Shown: positions 19,411-28,122, counted from the first letter of the stretch. The stretch is 49,503 nt of DNA from a virus (IMGVR_UViG_3300006100_000010); one strand, 5' to 3'. Numbers and translations are program-made. Notes: generated by a model not told the origin, from the letters alone.

Positions 19411-20653
19411 CCTAGATAAAAAGTACACTGAACTTTTGCAAGACATTCTCGATAATGGCACTGTCAAAAAAGACAGAACCGACACGGGAACAATTTCGGT
19501 GTTTGGAAGACAGATAAAACACAAGATGTCCGAAGGATTTCCACTTCTCACCACAAAGAAGATGTACTTTAAAGGTATCGTAACCGAACTATTATGGTTT
19601 TTAAGAGGAGACACAAATATAAAGTTCTTGGTTGATAATGGATGTAATATTTGGAATGGTGATGCTTATAAGAATTTTGAGAAACAATGTGTTCCTGGTA
19701 CTGGTAAGAAAATGTCTCAAGAAGAGTTTATTAACTTTATCAAAACAGATGATGAGTTTGCTAAGAATTGGGGGAGTTTGGGTCGAATATACGGGGCACA
19801 ATGGCGAGACTGGGGTGGAAGGGTTTCTAATAAACACCAAAACCACAACGGAACAAGCGGTGTACATTTTAATGGCATTGACCAAATACAAAACATCATA
19901 ACCAAGTTAAAAACAACCCCAGATGACCGTAGGATGCTTGTTACGGCTTGGAATCCAGATGAAGTTGATACTTGCGTTTTGCCACCTTGCCATTATGGGT
20001 TTCAAGTTTATACAAGAGAGTTGAGTGAAAAAGAAAGAATGGACACTCTTACTCAAAATGAACAAAGACTAATTTATGAAGAAGTTCAAAGTTTTAAGAA
20101 TGTTAGAAGAAAAAAAATCAAAGAATGTTTAGATGAAAAGAATATTCCAACCAGAGCAATCTCATTAATGTGGAACCAGCGTTCAGTCGATACATTCCTT
20201 GGCCTTCCGTTCAATATAGCTTCTTATGGCCTACTTTTAGAGATACTTGCAAAGATTACAAACATGATTCCAGATGAATTAATCGGAAACTTGGGCGATA
20301 CACACTTATATCTTAATCATATCGAACAAGCAAAAGAACAAATTGGAAGAGAATTGAGTATAGAAGAGAGAATTAATTTAGCTCAGTCAGAATATTCAGA
20401 GGGAAATGAGATGGATTTAGATATACAATTATCTGGTTCTTCAACAAAAGAAGAAACACAGCAGGTTTTAGATTATTATGGAGTTCCAAAAAGAACTCGT
20501 GAACCATATCCACTTCCAACACTAACAATGAACCCAATATTTTTAGCTAACTTAGAACACAAAGGACTGGATGAAGCGATAAATGGGCAAGTAAATTTTA
20601 AACTTGAAAACTATAAATCTCACCCAGCTATAAAGGCAAATTTAAGCAATTAA
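19403..20653 (+). CDS. thyA: Thymidylate synthase ThyA with two insertions
   Basis: DRTDTGT, PLLTTK, ELLWFLRG, YGAQWR, LPPCH, QRSVD, LPFNIASY; likely start ATG 19403 (MNNLDKKY). Confidence 0.96.
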   Translation: MNNLDKKYTELLQDILDNGTVKKDRTDTGTISVFGRQIKHKMSEGFPLLTTKKMYFKGIVTELLWFLRGDTNIKFLVDNGCNIWNGDAYKNFEKQCVPGTGKKMSQEEFINFIKTDDEFAKNWGSLGRIYGAQWRDWGGRVSNKHQNHNGTSGVHFNGIDQIQNIITKLKTTPDDRRMLVTAWNPDEVDTCVLPPCHYGFQVYTRELSEKERMDTLTQNEQRLIYEEVQSFKNVRRKKIKECLDEKNIPTRAISLMWNQRSVDTFLGLPFNIASYGLLLEILAKITNMIPDELIGNLGDTHLYLNHIEQAKEQIGRELSIEERINLAQSEYSEGNEMDLDIQLSGSSTKEETQQVLDYYGVPKRTREPYPLPTLTMNPIFLANLEHKGLDEAINGQVNFKLENYKSHPAIKANLSN

Positions 20654-20656
20654 AGC

Positions 20657-21031
20657 ATGATAGAAAATTCAACATTATACGTAGGCGGAAATTCAATTCT
20701 AGTATTTATAGGAAAAGGAATTGCAAAACTTGGTAACGTGATTGAGTGGATTGGAGAAAAGCTTTTAACTTTTGGCAATACCGTAGTTGCAAATAATAAG
20801 ACGCAAAAAGTAATCAATCCTTCAGCAAAGCTGCCAAATCCTTTTACTTTAATTATCAGTTTCACAGTAGATGGATCTGACAAATATCAAATGGTTCTTC
20901 AGGGAAAGTACAAACAAAAATACATAATAAAGGAAAAGGAATCTGAGAATCCAGACCTTGTTGATTTTTCAGAAGACGAACTATTCATGATCATCAATCA
21001 GAACAGGAATAGCTGGTTTAAAAAGGACTAA
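20657..21031 (+). CDS. Hypothetical protein
   Basis: 124 aa. Confidence 0.55.
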   Translation: MIENSTLYVGGNSILVFIGKGIAKLGNVIEWIGEKLLTFGNTVVANNKTQKVINPSAKLPNPFTLIISFTVDGSDKYQMVLQGKYKQKYIIKEKESENPDLVDFSEDELFMIINQNRNSWFKKD

Positions 21032-21081
21032 CTCTGTCACTCACTTGCATAGATAAATAATAAAGTAAAAATTTATCTATT

Positions 21082-21399
21082 ATGGCATCATTCAATACCA
21101 TTCATATATTCGATAACGGCACAATTCAAGTAATTGGCGAAAAGAGCGGAATTGTAAACCTTAGTCAGGTTGCATCAAGCACTGCTTTTATTGCCAACGT
21201 AAAAGCTTCAATTCCTTCTGCTAAGTTTGCAGACTATCGAGTAATCCACATATTTGAAGGTAATGACGTGAAGTATTTGGCTTCAACTCCAATGAATAGC
21301 ATATCTTTTGGAGGAAACACTTCAGTAAAGATAGCAGCACTTGACCAGGCAAAATATGGTGCATTTATTGCTGAGGTAATCGCTCTTCTTCCAGCTTAA
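21082..21399 (+). CDS. Hypothetical late protein
   Basis: 105 aa behind GATAAATA at 21052. Confidence 0.6.
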   Translation: MASFNTIHIFDNGTIQVIGEKSGIVNLSQVASSTAFIANVKASIPSAKFADYRVIHIFEGNDVKYLASTPMNSISFGGNTSVKIAALDQAKYGAFIAEVIALLPA

Positions 21400-22214
21400 G
21401 AGTATTTAAACTCATCATAAAACCACTTGTAATGGGTCTTTATCCAGTTACATGCATGGTCTCCCAAGACTTCGCGATAGTCTTCCCTAAGAGGTTCTAA
21501 CTTCTTTCTTATCGTATGGTCACCGTATATTCCATACACTGAATCGTCCTCTTTGGTGATCTGTTCAATATTATTAAAGTCGTGCTCGTATTCTGGCACT
21601 CCCAGATAATTGTAGACGCGAGCCATCTCATACTTAGGATTTTTAGCCAAGCTTTCGTACTTCACAAAAAGAATCTTTTTAGCAGTACCGTCCTTTAGCA
21701 TCTGACTCAATCTCTCAATCGCAAGACCGACAGGCTGACTGTTTGCCCATAGGTCAATCCTCTTCTCAGTAGTAGTGCCGCTCATCTTTGAGTGATCGAC
21801 TATTCCTGAGTCCATGTGTTGGCTCTTACGAAAGTTCTTCTCCATTGAGGCATAGATCCCACGAAGGTCCCTGACCATGCAGATCATCTTGGGATCCGGA
21901 TAGAATGAATTAACGAAGCCGTAGTGTATGCCCCAACCTCTGCTCTTATCAATCACATAAGGTCGATCTGTGATGGAATTAAAAAAGCCAAGAACTCCTT
22001 CACGACAGAAACCGGTAAATCCCTTCTTCATTAGTTCTGAGTCCTGTGCCTTAAATTCGGGAGAATTACTGTAGTTGCTCCTAGCTGCGTATATTAGTTC
22101 TAGGACGCCTGAGGTCGGAGTCACATAGAAATCTGGATTCTGTCCCAATATGTTTTGAAATAGGGTTGAACCCGCTCTAGGTAGGCTCGATTGAAAAAAT
22201 AGTTTTTGTACCAT
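21396..22214 (-). CDS. Sulfotransferase family protein
   Basis: PAPS-binding SSLPRAGSTL, IDKSRGW, MVRDLRGIYAS, VKYESL. Confidence 0.88.
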   Translation of the reverse strand: MVQKLFFQSSLPRAGSTLFQNILGQNPDFYVTPTSGVLELIYAARSNYSNSPEFKAQDSELMKKGFTGFCREGVLGFFNSITDRPYVIDKSRGWGIHYGFVNSFYPDPKMICMVRDLRGIYASMEKNFRKSQHMDSGIVDHSKMSGTTTEKRIDLWANSQPVGLAIERLSQMLKDGTAKKILFVKYESLAKNPKYEMARVYNYLGVPEYEHDFNNIEQITKEDDSVYGIYGDHTIRKKLEPLREDYREVLGDHACNWIKTHYKWFYDEFKYS

Positions 22215-22215
22215 G

Positions 22216-23100
22216 TTAAAATGAATTTATTGAAGCAAGGATCTCGTCTTGTGAAAAGACGTTTAGATCAAATACCGGACACTCGTGCAGAGCTCCATGG
22301 AATGAGTAGTCAAATAAATAACTGTCAGGTAACTTCACGTCTTCTGGCAGGTTGGCCTTTATGTTATTGTGAATTGAGTAGCCAAAAAGTTCTGGAGAAG
22401 TTCCAACCCAGAGAACTGTCGAAGGTAGATTTAGAGCCGATGCTGCGTGTTGGAGCGATGAATCGATTAAGACTCGCTTTGTTGAAACAAGCAACATTGT
22501 AAAGAGCTCAATATTTGAAAGTTGACCCGAAACTACTTCTGTTCCTGGAATGACCTGTGCTGGATCTCTACACACTTGAATTATGTGGTAGCTCTTGGAA
22601 AATTCCTGTACTATTCTATTTGCAATCAAAGGCGGCATGTCTCTACACCATGAATAAGGATAAGGTTGATTTTTCATGGGTCCACCGTTAGTGTGTAGGA
22701 TCATTACTGGACGATCCCTTCTCCACTTATTGATTCCATATTGAGTCTGTCTAATGTTGAAAGAAAGAGTCGGCATCTCACCAGAATAGGTCAGGTTGTA
22801 TAGCTTACACCAATTCGCAATAAGAGGCATCGTCTTGCTAATGTGATCCGTCGTGTAATACGGCTCGTGCTTAAATATAAGAGTGTCCTTGCCTTTAATG
22901 TAGTCCTGATAGAAGTAGGGCGTGTTGCCTATTCTATACACTCGACTAACTGATGGCATGTTTAAGAAAACTTCAGGATAGGCACAAACCACGATTAGCT
23001 CACGATCAGGGTGGTTATTTTTAATACACTGCGCGACTGCTGTTGCTGCAACGTGTTTACCGAGGCCTCCTTCGATATGAAAAAGAGAATATTTGCTCAT
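22216..23100 (-). CDS. Glycosyltransferase, GT9 (heptosyltransferase)-like
   Basis: IEGGLGKHV N-terminus; LIDSSLQHAASALNLPSTVLW. Confidence 0.75.
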   Translation of the reverse strand: MSKYSLFHIEGGLGKHVAATAVAQCIKNNHPDRELIVVCAYPEVFLNMPSVSRVYRIGNTPYFYQDYIKGKDTLIFKHEPYYTTDHISKTMPLIANWCKLYNLTYSGEMPTLSFNIRQTQYGINKWRRDRPVMILHTNGGPMKNQPYPYSWCRDMPPLIANRIVQEFSKSYHIIQVCRDPAQVIPGTEVVSGQLSNIELFTMLLVSTKRVLIDSSLQHAASALNLPSTVLWVGTSPELFGYSIHNNIKANLPEDVKLPDSYLFDYSFHGALHECPVFDLNVFSQDEILASINSF

Positions 23101-23164
23101 TTTTTAATAAATAATTTTTTAGATTGCTAAATTTATGGTATATTAAAAATCATCTAACCAAAAA

Positions 23165-23308
23165 ATGTTAACCTTTATGCTACTTATTATACTTAGAAAG
23201 GCTTATGGGTTCTTTGAGCTTAATTGCGGATGGTTCTTTGTGAACGGTCGCAAGCGTGAAGCATGGAATAGATACATCGCTAAAAAATACAAAAGTAAAA
23301 ATTTTTAA
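23165..23308 (+). CDS. Small hypothetical protein (47 aa, FELNCGWFFVNGRK motif)
   Basis: Below ORF-track cutoff; A-rich start context, aromatic-rich sequence. Confidence 0.5.
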   Translation: MLTFMLLIILRKAYGFFELNCGWFFVNGRKREAWNRYIAKKYKSKNF

Positions 23309-23315
23309 GAAAAAA

Positions 23316-23348
23316 GTGAAACTTAAGTCAAACCTTAAGTATAAATAA
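23316..23348 (+). promoter_or_regulatory. tRNA-array promoter 1: GTGAAACT-N15-GTATAAATAA
   Basis: Identical two boxes and 15-nt spacing at 23316, 27901 and 29434. Confidence 0.75.
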
Positions 23349-23368
23349 CAAAAAACGAAACATCTTCA

Positions 23369-23452
23369 ATGCTATTCAATAAAAATATGATCCTAGTTAT
23401 CGATTTCCAAGTGGAGACGGGGATAGATCGCATTGATAATGACGTGAGTTAA
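23369..23452 (+). CDS. Putative leader peptide 1 (MLFNKNMILVIDFQVETGIDRIDNDVS)
   Basis: Between promoter and terminator; stop lies 22 nt before the hairpin, as in leader 2. The start codon is uncertain. Confidence 0.45.
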   Translation: MLFNKNMILVIDFQVETGIDRIDNDVS

Positions 23453-23474
23453 GAAAAGTTCTAATAAAGAAAAG

Positions 23475-23505
23475 AACCTCAACTCACACCGAGTTGAGGT
23501 TTTTT
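23475..23505 (+). terminator. Terminator/attenuator hairpin upstream of tRNA-Asp
   Basis: AACCTCAACTC-ACACC-GAGTTGAGGTT plus T run. Confidence 0.85.
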
Positions 23506-23513
23506 ATTTTTAT

Positions 23514-23586
23514 GGACCTGGCGCATAACGGCTGGTGTACCCGACTGTCTATCGGTGTTTAGAGGGTTCGACTCCCTTCAGGTCCG
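23514..23586 (+). tRNA. tRNA-Asp(GTC)
   Basis: GGACCTG/CAGGTCC acceptor; loop CTGTCTA; T arm GAGGG-TTCGACT-CCCTT. Confidence 0.88.
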
Positions 23587-23646
23587 CTAAAATACTTCAC
23601 AGCAAAAGTCGTAAGTTCGAATGATAAATAATAAAAAGAAAGTATC

Positions 23647-24327
23647 ATGAAAACTTGCGAAAACTGTGGAAAAGATCACACTGGAGAATACGGAAGTGGT
23701 CGATTTTGTTCTTTGAAATGCTCTAGGGGATTTAGTACTAAAGGTAAGAGAAGTGAAATCAATAAAAAGGTATCAGCTGCTCTTAGCAATAGTGGGAACA
23801 CTCCAGTCAAAAAAAGTTGCAAGTTATGTAAGAATGAATTTGCTGTTGCTTGGAATAAGCGTAGGCAAATGTATTGTTCATCTTCATGCGCAGCAAAAGA
23901 TATTGGTTGGAAAAATAGTCATTCTAAAATCTCAAAGAGCAAGTGGTCTGAAATAAACAAAAGATCTTATGCTTTAGGTAAAAATCGAATTGCTGGTGGA
24001 ACTACCAAGTGGCTCAATTACAAAGACATAAAAGTTCAAGGAACGTATGAACTCGCTGCTTGTAAAAAGCTAGATCTACTTAAAGAAAGAGGTGAAATTT
24101 TTAAATGGGAATATGCAGTAAATCGAATATCCTATATAGGGATCGATAGAAAAAAGCACACATACTTAATTGATTTTACAGTTACACTACCTGATGGAAG
24201 TATTAAGTTCATCGAAGTTAAGGGAAGAGAAACTGATAATGATAAACTAAAGTGGAATGCGGTAAGAGAAGCGGGACATACTCTTGAAGTATGGAGAAAA
24301 TTTGATTTATTATCTAAAGTTCTTTAA
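23647..24327 (+). CDS. Free-standing PD-(D/E)XK (TnsA-like) endonuclease with N-terminal Cys-rich zinc fingers, homing-endonuclease-like
   Basis: YLIDF...FIEVKG catalytic motif; several CxxC/FCSxxC motifs; own GATAAATA promoter; inserted between tRNAs. Confidence 0.75.
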   Translation: MKTCENCGKDHTGEYGSGRFCSLKCSRGFSTKGKRSEINKKVSAALSNSGNTPVKKSCKLCKNEFAVAWNKRRQMYCSSSCAAKDIGWKNSHSKISKSKWSEINKRSYALGKNRIAGGTTKWLNYKDIKVQGTYELAACKKLDLLKERGEIFKWEYAVNRISYIGIDRKKHTYLIDFTVTLPDGSIKFIEVKGRETDNDKLKWNAVREAGHTLEVWRKFDLLSKVL

Positions 24328-24331
24328 AAAT

Positions 24332-24404
24332 GCCGAGATAGCTCAGTTGGTAGAGCGCAACACTCATAATGTTGAGGTAACGGGTTCAAACCCCGTTCTC
24401 GGTA
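24332..24404 (+). tRNA. tRNA-Met(CAT), probably elongator
   Basis: GCCGAGA/TCTCGGT; loop CTCATAA. Confidence 0.88.
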
Positions 24405-24416
24405 CGAAAATAACAT

Positions 24417-24489
<73 letters not shown>

Positions 24490-24492
24490 CTA

Positions 24493-24657
24493 AGTCAGTA
24501 GTAACGTGAGAGTTACTTCGAAATCCATTATCAGGACGGTGTCGGTGGTTCGAATCCATCTCTCCCCACTAAGAAGAAATTCTTAATTTTTAACTTGGGG
24601 AGATAGCTCAGCTGGTAGAGCACGTAAAAGAAAAATCTCTCGCAACTTTCTCTGACT
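24493..24657 (+). ncRNA. Y RNA-like RNA 1 (YrlA-type order: T arm, closed acceptor stem, D arm)
   Basis: AGTCAG-TAGTAAC-GTGAGAGT-TACTTC pairs with CTCTCGC-AACTTTCT-CTGACT; inside are T arm 24544-24560, TCTCCCCA/TGGGGAGA and D arm GCTC..GAGC; near the Ro60 gene. Confidence 0.8.
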
Positions 24658-24696
24658 AATTTTTTAAAAGCTAGGAGAATTTAGTATTATCTACAC

Positions 24697-25074
24697 ATGG
24701 ATAATAATTTAAGAGAACTAAGCAACCAGTTGTTAGCGATGCCAAAACAAATGGCAGACACACAACTCATAATCTTGGAAAAGAGCCAAGAGGCTCAGAA
24801 GATCGAGAACGAGATCTCTGAGATCGAGACTAAACTGAAGATGTCTATAGCAAATAAGCTGGACGAAAGCGGTAAGAAAGTCTACTCAAATGCAGATGCT
24901 AGAGAAGCTGCATTCGTCGAAGCCTGTACTGGTGAGTTTGACCTAATTGAATTAAAGTCAAAACTAGCAGCCATACAAAATCAAATTCAATTGTCAAAGA
25001 TTGCATATGAGAGGGTCGGCAACGAACAAAAGAATCTAAGAATAGTGTTACAACTATTTTCAGAAGCGGAATAA
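24697..25074 (+). CDS. Hypothetical coiled-coil protein
   Basis: 125 aa between Y RNA 1 and the Ro60 gene. Confidence 0.6.
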   Translation: MDNNLRELSNQLLAMPKQMADTQLIILEKSQEAQKIENEISEIETKLKMSIANKLDESGKKVYSNADAREAAFVEACTGEFDLIELKSKLAAIQNQIQLSKIAYERVGNEQKNLRIVLQLFSEAE

Positions 25075-25167
25075 ATTTTTTCAATAAACTTGAAATAGCG
25101 ACAATAAACTTAGTAAGTTTATTAAACTAAATCAAGTTTACCAAATAAAAACCTTGTACTAAAAATT

Positions 25168-26793
25168 ATGGCAAAATTTAGAAACCAAAATCTTCGCAAC
25201 ACGCTCGCTGGTATGCAGCCTGATGCGAAGCTGGTTGAAGCAGCAACCCTGCCTAAGCCAGACACCAAGAACCGTCAAGGTCACGCAGCTTATTCTATGG
25301 ATAAGTGGCTTCACCTCTTGACAATGCTAAACACTCTCAAACTCGAGAACCAGTTTTATCGTTCTGAAAACGAAACGATGAAAGAGCTCAAGGGTCTAGT
25401 GGATGTTTGTGCAAAGGAAGACGCTTATCTAGTAGCACAGTGCATCGTGTATTCACGTTGCGTCGGTGAAGGTATGCGTTCAGTAAACCACCTAGCCGCA
25501 AGCTACCTTGCACCACACTGTGCAGGAAAAGACTGGGCAAAGCGTTTCTACTCACTGTGGAACAAGAAGACTCAATCAGGCGGTACTATCTTCAGACCGG
25601 ATGACATGTCAGAAATTGTTGCTTGCTTCTCAGCAATGAACAAGACTGCTGTGACAAACGCAATGAAGAAAGGATTCAAGGATGCTCTTGAAAAGCTAGA
25701 TGCATACTCTCTATTGAAATACAAGGGAGATCTGATCGACGTTGCTAACCTAGTTCACCCTAACCCTAGCCTGTCAAAGGCAACGGCAAAGGTTGATAGC
25801 GAAAAGGTCTCAGTGCTTTCAGCGATCATGAAGGGCTTGCCAGTGTCAGCCGACACTTGGGAAGTTGCTCAGTCTGATGCAGGTCAAGAAGTTGCAAAGG
25901 CCGTAAAGGCAGGTAAGCTTACTGAAACTCAAGCGGAAAAAGTCCTAAAGGAAGCTAAGGCTGAAAACTGGAACGCTCTCTTGACAGAAGGAAAGCTGGG
26001 TATCCTTGCAGCACTTCGCAACATCAGAAACATCATAACAAATGATGCAAAGGCTGCGGCAATCACTGCACTATGCGATCTACTTTCTGATGGCGTAGCG
26101 ATCCGTAAGGGAAAGATCATGCCGTACCAAATCGATATGGCTCACGAAGTCCTAACCTCTGAGTTCAGCAACATGGAATCTCGTAAGATCGCTCAAGCTC
26201 TTTTGAAGGGATACGAAGCGGCAGTGCCGAACCTAGCAGAAATGCTTCCTGGCAGAAACCTGATCATGGTTGACTTTTCTGGATCTATGGGTACACAAGT
26301 AGTCGATCCAAACAAGAAGACACGATACAAGAGCTCATGCTTGGATAAGGCAGCGCTGATTGCAGCAACGATAGCAAAAGCAACAAACGCGGATATTATT
26401 CGCTTTGGATCTGATGCAGAGTACGCTAAATACAATGCAAATGCAGACGTCTTCACTATTGCTAACGCAATGAAGAGAGACATGGGAGGAACAAGCCTTG
26501 AAACTGCATGGAATGTAGCTCAAAGATCTGGCACAAAGTACGATAGAGTATTCATACTCTCAGATAACGAATGTAACCGTGGCTCAAGCTACAAGGCATA
26601 CGAAAGATATGTCAAGGCATGCGGAAGCCCATACGTTTACTCAGTGGATCTAGCCGCATACGGAACAGCTCAACTCGCAGGAGATAAGGTTCGTTTCTAC
26701 TACGGCTACGGATACTCAATGTTCGATGACATCGCGAAGAGCGAGTTCAACCCGAACTACCACCTCGAAAAGGTGAAGAAGATTGTGATCTAA
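25168..26793 (+). CDS. rsr: Ro60/Rsr RNA-binding protein (TROVE + vWA)
   Basis: TROVE-type N-terminus (GHAAY, NQFYRS, GMRS, AMKKG, AALRNIRNI) and vWA MIDAS motifs VDFSGSM, GGT, ILSDNE; flanked by Y-like RNAs. Confidence 0.9.
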   Translation: MAKFRNQNLRNTLAGMQPDAKLVEAATLPKPDTKNRQGHAAYSMDKWLHLLTMLNTLKLENQFYRSENETMKELKGLVDVCAKEDAYLVAQCIVYSRCVGEGMRSVNHLAASYLAPHCAGKDWAKRFYSLWNKKTQSGGTIFRPDDMSEIVACFSAMNKTAVTNAMKKGFKDALEKLDAYSLLKYKGDLIDVANLVHPNPSLSKATAKVDSEKVSVLSAIMKGLPVSADTWEVAQSDAGQEVAKAVKAGKLTETQAEKVLKEAKAENWNALLTEGKLGILAALRNIRNIITNDAKAAAITALCDLLSDGVAIRKGKIMPYQIDMAHEVLTSEFSNMESRKIAQALLKGYEAAVPNLAEMLPGRNLIMVDFSGSMGTQVVDPNKKTRYKSSCLDKAALIAATIAKATNADIIRFGSDAEYAKYNANADVFTIANAMKRDMGGTSLETAWNVAQRSGTKYDRVFILSDNECNRGSSYKAYERYVKACGSPYVYSVDLAAYGTAQLAGDKVRFYYGYGYSMFDDIAKSEFNPNYHLEKVKKIVI

Positions 26794-26860
26794 TCAGTCA
26801 CAACACTAGACTGGGATGGAGGAGACTTCTACCCAGTCACAAAATGTCGAAAGACACAAA

Positions 26861-26870
26861 GTTCTTTGAA
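26861..26870 (+). promoter_or_regulatory. rrn-type boxA-like element with upstream GNRA hairpin (26845-26856)
   Basis: GTTCTTTGAA; related copies at 24319, 29674, 30109 and 30379. Confidence 0.5.
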
Positions 26871-26877
26871 AGACATA

Positions 26878-27004
26878 ATCAGGTAGCAACGTAAGAGTTA
26901 CTTCGTAGTGCAATTGGTAGCACAATTTTTTTGGGAAAAATGGGTTGCGGGTTCAATCCCCGTCGAGCGGCGAAAGCCGAATACTCTTACACTTTCCTCC
27001 TGAT
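26878..27004 (+). ncRNA. Y RNA-like RNA 2 (non-permuted D, anticodon TGG, T arms inside the stem)
   Basis: ATCAGG-TAGCAAC-GTAAGAGT-TACTTC / ACTCTTAC-ACTTTCCT-CCTGAT; anticodon-like loop TTTGGGA at 26930-26936. Confidence 0.75.
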
Positions 27005-27013
27005 ATTTTATTA

Positions 27014-27154
27014 AAGACGTAGCAAGAATAGAGTTACTTCGCAATTATTGGTTCGAATCCAATATTTTCTCACTGGGAAAATTAGACAAATGGTTAAGTC
27101 GACAAATTCATAATTTGTTTTTCAGAAACAACGCTCTACTCATTTTCTCGTCTT
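27014..27154 (+). ncRNA. Y RNA-like RNA 3 (T arm, closed acceptor, D arm, anticodon arm CAT)
   Basis: AAGACG-TAGCAAG-AATAGAGT-TACTTC / GCTCTACT-CATTTTCT-CGTCTT; arm ACAAA-TTCATAA-TTTGT. Confidence 0.75.
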
Positions 27155-27163
27155 AAATTTATA

Positions 27164-27294
27164 AAACTGATAGCAATGGATAAGGTTACTTCGAAAATTA
27201 GCTCAGTTGGTTGAGCGTTTATATTCCAATAAAAGGTCATTGGTTCAACTCCAATATTTTCATCCAAACATACCTTACCGATTTTCTTCAGTTT
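27164..27294 (+). ncRNA. Y RNA-like RNA 4 (complete cloverleaf with encoded CCA nested in the stem)
   Basis: AAACTGA-TAGCAAT-GGATAAGGT-TACTTC / ACCTTACC-GATTTTCT-TCAGTTT; inner GAAAAT/ATTTTC acceptor followed by A-T-CCA (27262-27266). Confidence 0.75.
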
Positions 27295-27298
27295 ATTT

Positions 27299-27371
27299 GC
27301 GGAAGTAGCTCATTTGGTAGAGCGATAGCCTTCCAAGCTATAGGCGGCCGGTTCAAGCCCGGTCTTCCGCT
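27299..27371 (+). tRNA. tRNA-Gly(TCC)
   Basis: GCGGAAG/CTTCCGC, U73; loop CTTCCAA. Confidence 0.93.
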
Positions 27372-27412
27372 CTAGATAGTTTTGTACTTTGTTACAAACA
27401 TCAAAATAACAT

Positions 27413-27485
27413 CGTGAGGTAGAGCAGTGGCCAGCTCGTTGGGCTCATAATCCAAAGGTCGTAGGTTCGAATCCTACCCTCGCAA
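27413..27485 (+). tRNA. Second initiator tRNA-fMet(CAT)
   Basis: C1:A72; anticodon stem TTGGG/TCCAA with one G-U. Confidence 0.85.
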
Positions 27486-27539
27486 CAACGGAGAGTAGAC
27501 GTAAGTCTTCTAACAAAGAAGGGGTTTACTCAAAGACAT

Positions 27540-27684
27540 AAATCAGTAGTAACGTGAGAGTTACTTCAATATTTGACTATTAATCAGAAGGTCTGGGTTC
27601 GAATCCCAGTGCGGAGAGCAATCTCAGTATGGTGTAAATGGCAGCATAAAAACGAAAAACCACTCTCGCAACTTTCTCTGATTT
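27540..27684 (+). ncRNA. Y RNA-like RNA 5 (anticodon-like arm ATT, T arm, GCAA-closed acceptor, D arm)
   Basis: AATCAG-TAGTAAC-GTGAGAGT-TACTTC / ACTCTCGC-AACTTTCT-CTGATT; stem almost identical to RNA 1. Confidence 0.78.
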
Positions 27685-27692
27685 TTTTAAAT

Positions 27693-27764
27693 GCCGCGTT
27701 CGTCTATCGGCTAGGACATCTCCCTTTCACGGAGGGAAGAGGGGTTCAACTCCCCTACGCGGTA
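27693..27764 (+). tRNA. tRNA-Glu(TTC)
   Basis: GCCGCGT/ACGCGGT; loop CTTTCAC. Confidence 0.9.
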
Positions 27765-27769
27765 CTAAA

Positions 27770-27883
27770 TTAACTCACGGAGTTCGCTAGCAGATGGTAG
27801 AGATGCAACTACCTGGGTGCAGCGGAGTTGACCAGATCAACATTGACCTATGATTTATCTAAAAAGCGGGCACCGTGAGTTAA
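27770..27883 (+). ncRNA. Unknown structured RNA A
   Basis: Perfect 11-bp closing stem TTAACTCACGG/CCGTGAGTTAA; inner hairpins GGTAG/CTACC, GTTGA/TCAAC, TTCGCT/AGCGGA. Confidence 0.5.
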
Positions 27884-27900
27884 AAATAAAAAACCAAAAA

Positions 27901-27933
27901 GTGAAACTCTATTTGAGTTTGGTGTATAAATAA
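27901..27933 (+). promoter_or_regulatory. tRNA-array promoter 2: GTGAAACT-N15-GTATAAATAA
   Basis: Same boxes and spacing as 23316 and 29434. Confidence 0.75.
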
Positions 27934-27940
27934 TAAAGTA

Positions 27941-28063
27941 ATGAAAAACTATCGTAACATATCAAATCACTCATGCAGCTGGAATCACATTCCAACAGGA
28001 GTGAAGTTTGTGTCTACACTAAAATCAACTGGTGCAGGAAAAAACGAGGTTCGAATAAGTTAA
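27941..28063 (+). CDS. Putative leader peptide 2 (40 aa, MKNYRNISNHSCSWNH...EVRIS)
   Basis: ATG 7 nt after the promoter; stop 22 nt before the terminator; 3' end contains a strand complementary to the terminator. Confidence 0.55.
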   Translation: MKNYRNISNHSCSWNHIPTGVKFVSTLKSTGAGKNEVRIS

Positions 28064-28085
28064 CAGTAAAAATAACTATATAGAG

Positions 28086-28116
28086 AACCTCGAACCACAA
28101 AAGTTCGAGGTTTTTT
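28086..28116 (+). terminator. Terminator/attenuator hairpin upstream of tRNA-Val
   Basis: AACCTCGAAC-CACAAAA-GTTCGAGGTT plus T run. Confidence 0.85.
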
Positions 28117-28122
28117 GTTTAT

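Noticed and set aside
19403-20653. Intron or intein in thyA
   Set aside because: Reading frame is continuous and inserts lack Cys/Ser...His-Asn splice motifs or endonuclease motifs.
24493-27684. Repeated GAGTTACTTC motif as a CRISPR or TIGR array
   Set aside because: Spacing is irregular, intervening sequences are tRNA-like, each copy has a distant complementary partner strand, and no cas or Nop-domain gene is present.
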